64,000 bases of DNA from Octopus vulgaris (Eukaryota): positions 197,656,001 through 197,720,000 of the forward strand of contig OX597815.1 of assembly GCA_951406725.2 (NCBI GenBank). Direction: 5' to 3'. The notes under the pieces were generated by a model. That model was not told the DNA's origin and made no database searches. It saw only the letters and a list, made by a program, of their open reading frames with translations. This document shows, piece by piece, positions 40,005 to 54,899 of this stretch. The stretch's first letter is position 1; each line of letters begins with the position of its first letter. Made by a program: the position numbers and the translations under genes.

Positions 40005-40500
40005 TAGCAACAAAAAGAGGGTGGCCGTGGACTTTTACAACTGGAAATAACAATGAAGATTGCCACAATTAGCCTCAACACCTACTTGAAAAACTCTGAT
40101 GACTGGATGTTAAAACTTGTCTTCAAGCATGAAAACAAGGAAGCATCATACACAGTAACACAAGAGGCAAAGTAATATCTAAGTGAATTCTAAATACAAC
40201 AAATCCCATAATTTGACATACAGCAAACAAGCGCAGAAAAAGCGCATGAAAAACGGTGCTAAAACTGCTGCGATAGAGAATGTTATTGATGAATGGCAAG
40301 AAAAACCTCTCAATGGCAAATACCCAAAGAGAGCTAATAATGATGTAGTTGACAAAGCCCTTACCCAGCCATGGTTACTGTTTTCTGGATTAAAATCAGA
40401 AACAGAAGGTTTTATCATAGCAGCCCAAGATCAATGCCTACCTACAAAGTACTACCAAGCCAACGTATTACAGAACGGTAATAGTTTACATGACGTGTAT
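40005..40500 (+). pseudogene. R4/Dong-clade non-LTR retrotransposon fragment (post-RT region)
   Basis: KEGGRGLLQLE.., WQEKPLNGKY, LKSETEGFIIAAQDQCLPTKYY motifs, with stops. Confidence 0.85.
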
Positions 40501-40699
40501 GTAAACAACAAAGTGTATATTAAACATTCTTTATGAAAGAGTAATATGCATTTTCTTATTCATTGATTACTGTATTAGCAATCACATCTTGGCAGTAAAT
40601 TCTTTTCTGCCATTAATTTTAAAAAAATATTTAAAATCTGAAATGAATCAAAATATAAACTCATCAAACACTACCAACATTTAGTAACTGTATATAACT

Positions 40700-40944
40700 T
40701 CCCTTGTCTAATGCACCATAGTTTGCACAATCATCGCGTGAAGTCGCAGAAATGTTTTTTCGATAATCACCTCCAACACTTTCTGGAGGTATGGCAAGGA
40801 GCCATACATCCTTCTGCCACGTATATGTCGTTCCAATATCAACCCTTTTCTGCCACAGATTGACGAGAGTCTTGCGCAGAGGTTACAGATCTGAACTGGG
40901 TCCAAAGCCCGGTGGAAAGATATATGATGGCTTGAAGTCACCTT
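40700..40944 (-). mobile_element. maT/DD37D transposase fragment (duplicate of part of 42470-43150)
   Basis: GDFKPSYIFPPG..YTWQKD/APCHTSRK. Confidence 0.7.
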
Positions 40945-40946
40945 TG

Positions 40947-41090
40947 TGTATCACCGTTCGCATGAAGATGGATGTTGATCACCAGGTGTATCACTATGTA
41001 ATCAGAATGTCATTTTATTGTATCACCATTCACATGAAGATGGATGTTGATCACCAGGTGTATCTCTATGTAATCAGAATGTCATTTTTA
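40947..41090. repeat. 72 bp tandem duplication
   Basis: tgtatcacc..catgaagatggatgttgatcaccaggtg..gtcatttt occurs twice. Confidence 0.9.
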
Positions 41091-41595
41091 TACACGAATA
41101 TTTCATAAAGGATGGGAATTTAAACGAAGATAATAGTAACACTTGCGGAAAATTAAATTTATGACATCACGAGGAATTACACAGTACTATACATATGTCA
41201 TTGGAACTATTGTTCTACTTATAAATACATTATGTCGCTGCATTCCAGACATCAGTTTTTACTCTCAAAACACTTTTTTGTATTAAATCTTTGTTCACTA
41301 TCCTTGCAGACGTCTTGTCACATTTGTCATTCATTAGTTGGAAATGATTCACTCATGATGTTATTTTTTATCAAAACAAGATTTGAAGATAACTATCAAT
41401 GTATTGCTGTCAGAATGTTTACTAAAATTCGTTACATTTTGATGACAGAGATTAAAATTTCGTAGTGAAAACAAAATTTGTGGACTATAAGACACTTACC
41501 GAAAATTCTCTGAAAGTATATTTTGTAGGAAGTTGAGTACAATGTTAACATTAATTATTGAATTCATATTTGTTTCATTATTTCATCACAGTAAT

Positions 41596-42210
41596 GCGGC
41601 GAAATGGCAGAATCGTTAGTACGTCTGACATGCTTGGTATCATTTCGACAGTCCCTACGCTCTGAGTTCAAATGCCACCGAAGTCAACTTTGCCTTTCAT
41701 CCTTTCTTGGTCAATGAAAAAAGTAGTAGTTATGCATTGGGATCGATATGACCGACTAGCTCTCTCCCGCCAAATTTTAGGCCTTGCGTCTTTAGGAGAA
41801 AGGATTATCTAATCACAGTAAGACGGCGAGATGGCAGAACAGTTAGCGCGCTAGACACAATACTCGGTCGTATTTGATTCGTCTTTACGTTCGGGTTTCA
41901 AATAAGACATGTACCAGTTAAACACTGGGGTGGATGTAATCAGCTTAAAATTATTTCCTTCCTGAAAGTGATGGCCTTGTTCCGATATCTGAAACTATTG
42001 TTTCATCATGGTAAGGAGTCGAGCGAGCAGAATCGTTATACTAACGGACAGGTTGTCTAGCGGCCTTTCTTACGTTCTGAGTTCAAACTCTGTCGGTATA
42101 GACTTTTGTATTTCGTATATTATTTCATGTTATTATTATCAAACTAGTAACAGCCAAGTGCTGGGGTCGATGTTTTGCCCCCTCATCTAATATTGCAAGA
42201 TCTGTGCTTA
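41596..42210 (+). mobile_element. Three old tandem family D-related SINEs
   Basis: Heads ggcga(a/g)atggcagaa at ~41597 and ~41825, with a more decayed head at ~42022. Confidence 0.65.
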
Positions 42211-42469
42211 TTATGTCATGGCAGTCTTTATTTCTCTCTTTTAAACAATCTTCTCAAAGAATACTTATCCTCAATGGAATCGTCTAGTATGCTACAAATA
42301 GTAAAGAATCACATGAGACTCACAAACAATTTCTGTTTCAAAATACGTATAATCTACAAAGTGATCGGGCTAAATTTCATAAGGGAAAATAAAGTACAAT
42401 ATCCTAAACAAATATGTAGCATTCTAAAATATCAAAAACCGTCAACTGGATAGTGACTCAGAGATATCA

Positions 42470-43150
42470 GTTTACTCAAACTAGGCACCCCTACAGTACA
42501 CTGCCATCTTACGCCGGCTCTGGAAATGCGCACATGCGTTCCTGTGTCGCTGGGAAATTTTTAGGACAATCTCTTGATCTTGGTTGCCAGTTCCACGTTG
42601 GTGTCGCAGACAGAGTGGTTGCTGTCTTTCCCAACTGCCCCTCCCACAGTAATCCTCGGGATTACTGTGAAGTGAATTAAAGACGCCAGAAATTGGGGCC
42701 GGTGAAGTTGCAGGTACGGCAAGGAGCCATACATCCTTCTGCCACGTATATGTCGTTCCAACATCGAACCTTTTCTGCCACAGATTGACGAGAGTCTTGC
42801 GCAGAGGTTACAGATCTGAATTGGGTCCAAAGCCCGGTGCAAAGATATATGGTGGCTAGAAGTCACCTTCACTGATGACAAACACGAAGACCATCACAGT
42901 TTTGGGAACCACTTTTTTCTTGATACGTGGGGCATCACGTCGATGGTTGGCAAGCTACCTGATGTTCCGGGCATTGTTCGATCGAACCCGACAGAAAGTA
43001 TTTTCGTCTGAGAAGAACGAGAGAATACCCAGCTCAATCCCATATTAAAACCTTTACAGTATTTACAAAGTCTGGCGGAGCAATCTTGTTGACGGCATTT
43101 TAATATCCGACGCAAATCATCTTCATAAATGTAACACTTAAACAATATTA
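42470..43150 (-). mobile_element. Decayed maT/DD37D transposase
   Basis: VMVFVFVISEGDF*PPYIF..YTWQKD/APCRT..NPEDY..GAVGKDSN..NACAHFQSR. Confidence 0.8.
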
Positions 43151-43452
43151 AAGTGACTATCAATCCTCCATATCAGCTAACATTCTCTCAACTACAACTT
43201 TAACCAGTATGTTCTCCAGCTTCATAGATTCTTCACCAATACATTTCGCTGTTCCTGGATAAAGAAGACATAAAACATCGTCAAATTTTCCCGAACACCC
43301 TCTACACCATATGAACATAGGAAGAAACAATGCTGAGATGAATAAAACATCCTCCTGCTGTTTATTATCTTTTTACAATAAATTAATATATATTCATAAT
43401 TAACAACATCTGAAATGTATTTGCAAAAAATTTCATTAAAACTACATCCATA

Positions 43453-43876
43453 GGCGCAGGAGTGGCTGTGTGGTAAGTAGCTTGCTAACCAACCACATGG
43501 TTCCGGGTTCGGCCCCACTGCGTGGCATCTTGGGCAAGTGTCTTCTGCTATAGCCCCGGGCCGTCCAATGCCTTGTGAGTGGATTTGGTAGACGGAAACT
43601 GAAAGAAGCCTGTCGCATATATGTATATATGTATATATAAGTGTGTGTGTATATGTTTGTGTGTCTGTGTTTGTCCCCCTAGCATTGCTTGACAACCGAT
43701 GCTGGTGTGTTTACGTCCCCGTCACTTAGCGGTTCGGCAAAAGAGACCGATAGAATAAGTACTGGGCTTACAAAGAATAAGTCCCGGGGTCGATTTGCTT
43801 GACTAATAGGGGGTGCCCCAGCATGGCCGCAGTCAAATGACTGAAACAAGTAAAAGAGTAAAAGAGTAAAAGAGTA
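43453..43876 (+). mobile_element. SINE family A, full length
   Basis: A/B boxes, internal TA/TG tract, (GTAAAAGA)n tail. Confidence 0.92.
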
Positions 43877-44257
43877 ATTACTCAGGAAGTCAAGAGGAAA
43901 CACAATTGATGGGAGCTACTCCTTTTTCTGGATATACTCTAAATTCATTTGTTGAGCGGGTGATTAATACAATACAGATTAATTATATGAAGGAACATTA
44001 GATGTAACTTATGCGAAACATTGTACAAACTGGTAATCTGTGCAAATATCATTCAGCTATCAGCAGAAATCAATCAGAATCTTTCTGCTAGTAAATATGA
44101 ATTATTCAATGTTTATATAAATAGATGTATTTTTACCTGCGTGTATATTACAATTTAGAACCTACATTTTGATGATATTTGATCATACTTTATGTAAATA
44201 ATCCAATCGCATTTGGCATCTTGATTTGGTAAATATTCACATGATGCTACCCTGAAA

Positions 44258-44700
44258 TGCGAGGAGCACTTCAGACGTTTGAAGTTGTTTCCAGGAGAGA
44301 AATTATTAATGTCAAAAACGTGCGAAACTCTAATCTTAAAAGAGCATCCTACGTTTTCATTGCTTATATGGGGCTCTAATCACTTCGTGAAGGTCCCATG
44401 GAATCCAACAACGTGAAGGTGTCCAGGACAGTTGTCAAAGATTCCTTTATCTTCTTCAGTTTAGGTGAAAACCAAAGTCATAGGGAGAACAGTATGGATG
44501 TAAGAAAGATGAGAGAGAGTTTTGATGACCATCTCTCACAAATAGTTGGTCACCAGGATGGAATTCTGAACTGCTGTATTGCCCTGGAATAGGTGCAACT
44601 GACCCGAATGCTACAGTTATGGCTTTTCGTAACGAGAATCCCTTCCTGAACTCCCTTAAACATCCATAAAGTTGTCAGGTTAGACTTATTAGACGTCTAG
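44258..44700 (-). mobile_element. Decayed mariner transposase 3' part
   Basis: FQGNTAVQNSILVTNYL*EMVIKT..PKLKK..VLDTFTL resembles the mariner HQDNAPVHNS..PKL region. Confidence 0.6.
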
Positions 44701-47109
44701 CAATTATTTACTAAAATTATAATAATTTAGGACAGCTATAACTGCCTCTTTTAAAATACTTCGAAACTTCTGGAAATGCCTTCTTTGGCTTATACGATTC
44801 ACAAAGACACTGATATTTGTAGTCGAATATAAATAAGAAAATTAAACGATTTAAAAATACTGTGCTGCGAGTATTACACAAATAATTGTTTCTGATATTG
44901 ATAAAGCCCATAAAATTTAAGTGGTCGTGTTTTTGGATACTATCAACATGAGTTCATGAAGGGTTCATGAATTTCATTGGCTCCTGTGGAATGAAATGCC
45001 AAGTTTACCCCAGCGAGATGTTTACTCAAATGAATAGGAATAAAGAAAGTAAACCATTTTCTGACTAACGATTGCTCAGCACGTTTCACTTTATTTGATG
45101 GATATTTAAAGTACGATTATTTTGAATTAGACGTCTGTCTCATTTTTCGTCTGTAACGTATATTACATCCCACTCATATCCGATCCTCTGTATTAATTCA
45201 TCGATAAAATATATTTAAACAGGAAGAATTGTTTCTGAAAATGAACTACGACTTCAGGAAATAAATAGTTATGAAATGGACACCATTAGGATAGAAGTGT
45301 CATGAAGACTTACAATTTTTCATTAACGGAAATGAAAGTGTAAATTATGAACTGTTGTCAGATACAAGTATTTATTGTCATTATATAGTACAGCTTCAGC
45401 AAAGTAGACCTCAAAACAAATACACTGCGGTATCATAAAAGTGTGAGAGAAAAACAAAAACGAATTTTGTAAGATAGCAATAATTTATAAAAGGAAATAA
45501 GAACCAACTATAAAGTGTAACAATTTATTTGTTATCAATCGCGCAGTATATAGAGACGTTAAAGGTAGAGGTAAAATAATCACCAAATTTTCTGTTAGAT
45601 GCTAAACCAGATAGTATACATATAATCAGTGAGCTTATGCTGTACAAAATTAACGGGCTTTGGCAACTGGCATGGAGTTCGGGTAGGTATGTTCAGGAAA
45701 AATGCTTTTAAATGCGGTTTAATGTATGTAGTTCATTTCAAGCTCTTATATCTGATTCAAGTCGATTCCTTGATTTCCAAACTTCTGAGAATGTATTGAA
45801 CGTAAGAGAAATTATGAAAAGTTATTATGTTGAGAAACGTAGGCAAAATAAAAGAACGTTGTAGACTTAAGACCACATAGCACTTGTGTTTCGAATGTCC
45901 TGTTTCTGGCAATAAATATGAGTTGATTACATCTTCGGAGGAACGAAACTGCAGATAGTAGTAGTAGTCTTATGTGTATGAAAGTGGATATGCGATACTG
46001 AGAGATGAAGAGATTTTTATTTATAAATAGAGATACCAAAATGTACTGCTTTTTTAAGAAATGGCTGATGTGATCTGAAAAATGAATTGCAGAAGATCAG
46101 AGATGAAGAGAATTTCACGCTAGAAAAGCAATACTCACGAGCAGTTAGATCCTAGTTTCAATTTACAGGATGCACTTTATCAATCAGCCACAGGTAGAAA
46201 TATATAGGGGAGTGACTAATACACTTCATAGTAACCTCTTGTATTGTTTGTACTTCTTTGAAGACACGTATGAACTTGGAGAGTCCTGTTAATATTCGTC
46301 TATTAGTTCTTGAGAACTGACAGTGCAGGCTTGTTTGCTCAATCGGGAACAAACATTAAACGATCTTGTAGTTGCATACTGAAAGAGAATTCTAATAGTG
46401 TGACGTGTGATGAACTCTAAAATCAGGTTTCCACTAACGAGGTGTAATACATATAATTTTGTCTTTTTATAGCTTTGAAATCGTTGGAAATAACAGAACG
46501 CAAAGTTTTATTATGCTGTCCACGCCCATTAGTATATAAATTATCAAACAGTCTCATTTGCTAGTGGCTTTTTATGAACATTCTCTTTAGCAAGCTTGTT
46601 ACTACAATACCAGTGTAGAATACGAATCCCATATTTCTACTGGGGTGCTTGGAAAATTTAGAAATAGTCAAAGGTTGCTCCCCTGCATGATCAGCTAAGT
46701 GAATCTGTGAACTCACCATCAGTAACAATTCTGTTAGCATAATTTTTGATACTGTATATATGGGAAATATTGACGTCAAGTAAATCATGACTTATGTTTC
46801 TGATCGTTATACACATTACTGCTAAATTGTGAATTAATCTAATTACTGAGATTAGTACGATGCTTTCAATAACCAATATTTATGCATCTAATGAAATCAA
46901 ACATGCAGAGACATAATACCCCAACTAATTATACTTTTAATATCTAGGTATTGATTCACTATTCACTACTAACGGCCATTGATAATGTTAAAAGTAAACT
47001 ATGGAAAATAAGATGAAATATTTGTTTATTTCAATTTTACATAAATCTTAAGCGATCGAAGACTACATATTAAGTTTCCTGCGCAATAATGAACAAATTA
47101 AGTTTAATG

Positions 47110-47420
47110 CCTAAATTAAGTTTAATCACAGTTTATTCAGGTGGCTATGGGAAACTGCTGGAAACTGGATTCAAATGCTGGCTGGAGAGGATTGTTGCCA
47201 TATAAGTGGCAGCAGGATTCGTATCCTCAACGTATCAGAGATGGGTGTCGGAGACTTAATTCCTATTTACCAGTGCCACACTCCTGGCCTCCAAATTACT
47301 CCGATTGTGATCCCTCGGTTTACCAACTGCTCTGCCTGTTATAACAAGGCTACGCTGATACGCAAGATGGAGATTTTCGAAGCTTCTCCCATGACTACAA
47401 CGAAAAGCACACGCGCCATG
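47110..47420 (+). mobile_element. maT/DD37D transposase fragment
   Basis: ORF 47141: WQQDSYP..WPPNYSDCDP. Confidence 0.7.
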
Positions 47421-50363
47421 ATCTGTAGCGATCTATGGTGGAACGTAGCGGCAGACGAAATACCGCTAGGCATTTCGCCCGGCGTGCCAACGATTCCGCC
47501 AGCTCGCTGCCCTGTATTCATACATATGTTAATAGAAATATGTGTATGTGCTTGAGTGGATGTGTGAGTACGTGTGTGCTCAGGTGAGATACATACATAC
47601 ATATACTGAACGCTCATTTCGATAGTTATACTAAAGAAACCGCTCCTAGGCACACAAAACTTGCGCTCCGTGTTAACAGACACGATTGCCTCTGCTCTCT
47701 TTCTTCGTACGGTTACTCCTGCAACAGTTTTGCTTTTGTGATCCCACCATACTGGTTATGAAGACTAACATATTTACTTTAATATATCTTTATTTAATAT
47801 CACAAAAAACTTTCATCACTATTGAGATTTGCAGTCTTTATATTCTATACTTCCACTGAGGGATCATAGTCTTGACTAATCAAGTGAAGTATACTGAGGC
47901 TGTACTGAATCATATGTGATTCAATAATCAGGTAAATTTACTAATACGACGTAATTTTCACTTGCACATTTATAGAATGTTAGTGATCCAAAGAAGATTT
48001 TATTTAAATATTTTTCAAATCCTAAATGAAATTTTATCAGTGAAATATGTGGCACAGCTTAAAGTAAAGTTAAAGTTAAAAAATTAGGATGGAAAATAAA
48101 GCTTTTGTTTCTTAATGCAAATTTGTAGTGAGATAAATCATTCGTTAAATTTCTTTTTCATTTTTATAGCGGCCATCTTACTGAAACCTCAAATATTCGC
48201 CTAATAAAATCTCTTAAGCTGATTAATTGTAAATCCTGAATGATTTGATAAAATAGTTTTTCATTCGACTAAATATCAACGAGAGTATCTCATTTACTAA
48301 AAAAAATAATGGTTGTAAAATACCAAATGTCCGATATTTGTGGGATGAAGATTTACGTTTGAAAGATACATATTTATGTGTTGTGATAAGAGAGTCAATC
48401 GGTTTTACTCTATAACATAATGGACGCCATAGTAATCACAATTGCCATATTAAAAACAGGTTAAATAGAATATAATGCCAACGAGTACGGCGTTTTAAAA
48501 ATTAATGCATCTTTATAGCTCTTTTGATGTAACCGCTTTCAATTTCGATGATATTAAACTTAAGCGTTTGTTATTATTACTGAAACTTATGATAATAAAT
48601 GTTATTGATTTTCTTTGAAATTTAATAACCACCCATTACTATTCACTTTATCTTTGACCTATTTCAGTATTGATAAGCTTGTTTAGTAATATTATGGTAA
48701 AGCTATATATGAATAGCACAGATATTTGATGGTTATGAGAGTTTGTCTATAAATGTTTTTAATTGGTGATTTACTTGGATACTGGCTTTAAAATTAGCCA
48801 TAAATAAATAAACTAATAAAAAGCTAAATAAATAAATAAATAAATAAATAAATGAATAAATAAATAAGCTAACGAAGCTGTCTCAAATTTTCAGGGAGGG
48901 ATTATTTTAGACTTGTTTACAACTTCAGTATCGAATTGACAAATTTGCATACAGTTAAGTATGTATATCTAACAGTGAAACAGAAACTGAATATTGACGT
49001 TGAGGATTGTACAGTACTGTATGGTTTTACACAAAATATTTCTGTATAAACCGACACAAGATTTCATGAGATGAAGAAACTGGAATGAATGACACTGCAC
49101 TGCAACGTTAGGGATGCATAATGAACTGAAAAAGGTATATTACACTAGCGTTCCAGATCAAACGTCTTCCTCTAATACAAGTACAAATAAAAACTCATCA
49201 GGCCTTTTCTAAACATCACTGGGAATTGTAAGTCTTCAAATTTTGGGAATATTTACCCCATTATTTCTACAAGACAACCCATTAACTATTAGGATTTGGT
49301 ATCACAGTTTTTCACTGCTTATCTACATTACTGAAAATCGTGGACATGATCCAATGTGCTTTGACTATGGGACTAATTCTTTGTTTTGTTTTTTTCTCTT
49401 TGGTCAACCCAGTCACCAAAACATGTGGCGATAACTTAATCAAAAAGTAAGTTGAAACATTTTGCGATTTAAAAAATCTCTATAAATCGCTCATCGATAT
49501 GCTATTGATACTCGTCAACTATCAATAGAACCACCTTCTCAACTCATTCTCCATGTTGCCGTTTTACATGGTCCATGATTAAAATGAAAGTATATTGCCA
49601 AGCGAAACAGAACAGTCAGAAAAGGATTAATAGAAACTGGTAACAGGGGTAAAAAATTATGTTATATAAACCGTGCTCTCGGAATAGTTTCAACAACGTG
49701 CCATGGGAAAGGAATTCTGATTTGACCCTTACAGTGACAGCAATTTTGTGTAAATAATTGGAAGTTAGAAGGAAGAGTGAGACAAAAGAAATTATCGCTA
49801 TGAAAGTGAACTATGTTAGGCATTAGCAAATATATAATAAGAATAGAAAACTAGAACCACGTAGTGGTATATGTTTAAGGGTGCAAAGATATTAGAAAAT
49901 TACACCGTATCTTGAAACAAACTAATGAATGCAAATGATCAGAAAAGATGTAAAAGTAATACAGAAATATGTAAATGCTCGCCTTCTCTCTGCAATATTT
50001 TCAGTTTTAAATAAAAGATCCACATGTCAGGTATTTTGGTCGAGAGTATGTTAACACCTACACACAGAAAGAGAGAAATATACACAGTGAGGTGGAGGTA
50101 CATCTGTCTATACACGTACAAGGTTGATGTAAAGATTAACATCGTAACTTGAATATTACTCATCATAAATTTAGGTAATCATACAGTGATTGAATGCGTT
50201 GATAAACTGCATAATGTGAACGTGTGAGAAAACTACACGGAACGGGGAAGTGATCAAAAGAGTGTATTAATGTATCGGAATTAATGAATTAGTTGCGGTT
50301 GTATCTCCTTGATTTAAAAATATAGATGTTTGTAGGTGTGTGCATTTGTGCGTAGATGTATTT

Positions 50364-50752
50364 GTGGACGCGCAATGGCCCAGTGGTTAGGGCAGCGGAC
50401 TCGCGGTCGTAAGATCGCGGTTTCGATTCCCAGACCGGGCGTTGTGAGTGTTTATTGAGCGAAAACACCTAAAGCTCCACGATGCTCCGGCAGGGGATGG
50501 TGGTGATCCCTGCTGTACTCTTTCAACACAACTTTCTCTCACTCTTACTTCCTGTTTCTGTTGTACCTGTATTTCAAAGGGCCGGCCGGCCTTGTCACTC
50601 TCTGTGTCACGCTGAATATCCCCGAGAACTACGTTAAGGGTACACGTGTCTGTGGAGTGCTCAGCCACTTACACGTTAATTTCACGAGCAGGCTGTTCCG
50701 TTGATCGGATCAACCGGAACCCTCGTCGTCGTAACCGACGGAGTGCTTCCCT
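50364..50752 (+). mobile_element. tRNA(Arg)-like SINE family B, full length, 13 bp TSD
   Basis: A box tggcccagtggtt, TCG anticodon-like loop, B box gtttcgattccc. TSD cgtagatgtattt at 50351-50363 and 50753-50765. Confidence 0.92.
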
Positions 50753-51494
50753 CGTAGATGTATTTACATATAAAAAGCAACACGTAAGTTAAGTTCCACG
50801 TCACCGTTATCTATTTTATTTCTATTAATTTCTCGAAGCACTTCGTGAAGCAAATACATGTTTACAAACTTATTTCCTGAAGTTGCTGAAGTATCTTTTT
50901 AGTGTTACGCAAAATGATTGATTACATAATAGGACATACCAGCATATACCAATAGAGTACACACACATACCACATCTGGTATATAGAGTATATGCGTGTA
51001 TTAGTAGAGAATCGTGATACAGAATAATTATTAAAGTAAACAGAGTGAACTCTATAAATTATTAGCAATATAGTAACAAGTTCAGCTTTAAAATATAGTG
51101 GTTAATGATTAATGTTGGGTGTACGGCCTAGAATAATCAGGAAAATTATGGAGTAGAAAATCTGAGACAAAAGACATACTTTTGGAATGTTGTCAAAAAG
51201 AGTAATATATGAATGAAAATGGAAAGGAATGAGGGGAAGTATGTTAAAAGGACACAACAAAGCGAGCGAAAAGAATTAGAAAGTGTAATAAAAATATAGT
51301 ATCAAAATCAGTAGACGAGAGTAGAGAAGTAGAATTAATTTGCGTGAAACACATGGGTAGGTCTTAGTAAGAAATTTATTGAAAATAAATATCTTGTTCA
51401 GTCTAGCAAATTTCAGCTTAATTCACATATCAATTACATAATATTTATTTACATACATCAAAAACACATTATATATATATATATGTGTGTGTGT

Positions 51495-51617
51495 GTATGT
51501 ATGTATATAGATAGAAAGAGAGAGCGAGAGATGGTGATGCATACATATTTATATATATATATATATGTATGTATATAGATAGAAAGAGAGAGCGAGAGAT
51601 GGTGATGCATACACATT

Positions 51618-51632
<15 letters not shown>
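51495..51632. repeat. ~69 bp tandem duplication
   Basis: tatagatagaaagagagagcgagagatggtgatgcatac occurs twice. Confidence 0.85.
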
Positions 51633-51648
<16 letters not shown>

Positions 51649-52608
51649 GTGTTTGTGTGTGTGTGCGTATATGCTTGTCTATGTGTATATATGTATGTAT
51701 ATATCTATATATGTATGTATTTAAGAATCTCTGTACATACTTTGATGAGATGTTCGTTGTCCTTGACTGAGAAATAAATCTCATTCTCGCTGTTTCAGTT
51801 CAGTGTGAGGTTGAATTGAGGTTTAGTCAAATGGTTAATTAACAATGGAGATTTTTGTTGAATGATGAATATTGGAAGTTATTCTATAAGAAGATGGTGG
51901 CATCCTCGGTAGCAGTTAATGCCTACCAAATGAAGCTTTCATTAAATTTTCTGAAGCAATCTCCTATATATATATATGCTACATTTGGAGGTTTGAGTAT
52001 TAGGAATAAAATATATGAGGAAATATAAAAATTCGATTTTTATAAAACCAGCAACATTTTATAGAAGTACCTGAGAGACTGCGTCCCGCTATTGACAGTG
52101 GGAAGACTTCCGTTCTCATTGCAAGAAGGGATGCAGGTGCTAATTTCAGTCTAAGATTATAATATGGTAAATAGTTTTAGTTTAGAGAGTAAAGCTGGAT
52201 GTTATTTGTTTCCTGAATACTTCATTTTTGCAATTTTGTATGATGATGAATTCTTGAAATCTCCGCTGCAAACACAATTATTCAGAAAGAAAAGTCTTAC
52301 TCAACACAAGAAACATTACTGGTGTTGTTCCCCAATTTTTGTGATGTTAGAAAAGTGCACAAGAATTCACTGAAATACGATTTCATTTTCATTCTTGTTT
52401 ATAAGTGTACATCATCTGTAGAACTGATATGCAATATTCTATATTCTATTAATATATACAAAAATTCCAATTATATATTAGGTAATATTGAGACAGGCAA
52501 ATAAGGGGTTATTTATAATAGGACAGTGGCTAAGATATAATTAATCTTGTCTACGGAATATAGTAATATAATTCACCAGCATCTTTCACTTTCAATATTA
52601 AGCATTCC

Positions 52609-53038
52609 AAAGACGAGGAGCTGGCAGAAACTTTAGCACGCCGGGCGAAATGCTTAGCGGTATTTAGACTGCCGCTACGATCTGAGTTCAAATTCCGCTG
52701 AGGTCGACTTTGCTTTTCATACTTTCGGGGTCGATTAAATAAGTCCCAGTTACGCACTGGGGTAGATGTAATCGACTTAATCCCCTTTTCTGTCCTTCTT
52801 TGTCCCCTCTATGTTTAGCACCTCGTGGGCAATAAAGAAATAAGAAACTTTAGCACGCCGGACAAAATGCTTAGCGGTATTTCGTCCGTCTTTACTTTCT
52901 GAGTTGAAATTCCACTGAGGTCGATTTGCCTTTCATCCTTTCGGGGTCAATAAATTAATAACCAGTTGCGTACAGGGGTCAATCTAATCGACTGGCCTTC
53001 TCCCCCAAATTTCAGGCCTTGTTCCTAGAATAGAAAAG
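52609..53038 (+). mobile_element. Dimeric family D SINE with 15 bp TSD
   Basis: aatattaagcattcc at 52594-52608 and 53039-53053 flanks two related monomers. Confidence 0.9.
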
Positions 53039-54748
53039 AATATTAAGCATTCCGGATTGCATTTCAAAGAATATTATCTGCTACAAATTTTAGTGTATGA
53101 GGCAGGGTTGTTGTCCCTTAGAATATTTCTAAATCAGATTAAGCGTGAAACTATGTGACAAAGGTCGACATTTCAGTTATAGTTATAATTTATCCAAAGT
53201 GATTCCTAATTCCATAATGTCTGATAATCATGAGATCTCACAGACGGAAGGAATATAAGTTCACAGTATTATGTCGCGAAATTCATAACCTCAGGTAGAT
53301 TTACCGTGTATGCAATAAAACCTACTAACGCAGTGCTGTCTATTTATATTTGTATATGTGTTCACATTTCTACTTTAACAAAATCTCCAATTTTGACGTA
53401 GTTTTCAGATACCTGTGATCTACGTCTATGAAACTAACTTAACTTAAAGCAGCTCTTCATCTTTGTATTTATAAAAATAATTATTACTTTTCGTTGCTTA
53501 AGTATTCTCAACTAGTTTTAAATAAATTTCCAGTGTAAAATTCAATATTTTTAGATGGTTTCTTTATCTAAGTGAAATTAATTCAAAAACTGAAATAATG
53601 ATACGTAAAAGCTGCATTTCTTTGTTACTTTCCAATTTTAGAAATATTTTAACGTAAATTATTTTTACCATTCTTGGGTGATGACTGAATATAAATTCAT
53701 TTGTGATGCTTGATCATATCTGATATTTTATATTCATTTGCACAAAATATCACCATCGCCTGGCTCATGATCTACATAAGACAAATATTCAAGTGAAACT
53801 CCCGTAAGTATATACTGATAAGAATCATTTTCATGAGAATAGATTAATCGTTTATAGCTTTTAGTTTAATACCTTATTTTAGAAACAATTTAAATTAAAT
53901 AGTCTACTTATTTTTATGAGAACATATCGATAATCATATTACATCTCACATCGAATCAAAAATTTAATTTCCGACTACATTTATTGCAGTCGTTCGTTTT
54001 CATAAGATAAACAAATAAATTAGAGAAAGTTCGATAATTAATTTTTATTGAAACAATGGATCTTGGAATAACTAAATCGGACAAATATCAATAGGCAAGG
54101 TATATAAAGTTAAATCCGGCAGCTGTTCAAACAACCGTCATTCTGTTTTATCGGATTGACGCTTTAATTCCAAATGAATTTTACTCGCCTTAACATCTCA
54201 ATGATAAAATAACTTACTAGGCAACGTATACCCGCAATGAAATCATGACGCAATTAGCAACGAAACGCTGTTGACAATGAAAACTGCTAAGTAGCATAAC
54301 ATACTAATTAATTTGAAAAGTCATTGAGAGGCGGACGAAGAATACGCGGGGTTTAGTTGCAGATCTATCTTTAACGTATTTTTATTTTCTCTTAAATTTT
54401 CGTTGCGTCTTGCAACCTTTTCAATAGTCGTTGATTCTGTTCTTTCACCATGCGTTCTTTTTCCTTATTTGTGCGCCTGTGTGTGGGTCATCGTAGATAT
54501 GTACGTATGTATGCCTGTATGTATACATGTATGCAAACACACGCATAAAAAAATACAGAAACACGGATTCGTTTTGGTTATCTCAAACCTCATTAAAAAA
54601 ATTGCCATTACAAAACTGGGTTACTTCCCCACTAAAAATCGAGTTAATGTAGCAACAAGAGATTGAAAAGAAAAAAACGAGGTAGATCCTTTTGATTCAA
54701 TACTTCAACACATTGTTGATGTTTGGCCTTCTCAATAGGCAGGCTATG

Positions 54749-54899
54749 ATTTGTTATAAAAATGTTATTAGATTCAATACGATGTTTAATTTTTTCAGTT
54801 TTCATAATTATTAATGTTTTCAGTTTTGTAAGATTTGTTATAAAAATATTATCAGATTCAATAAGATGTTTAATCTTTTCGCTTTTCATGCTTAATAAT
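54749..54899. repeat. Imperfect 84 bp-period tandem duplication
   Basis: atttgttataaaaat..agattcaata..gatgtttaat occurs twice. Confidence 0.8.

Noticed and set aside
40708-42881. Duplicated minus-strand ORFs as tandem alternative exons
   Set aside because: Another frame gives maT transposase motifs, and no convincing splice sites were found.
50364-50440. tRNA-Arg gene
   Set aside because: No proper acceptor stem; it is the head of a TSD-flanked SINE.
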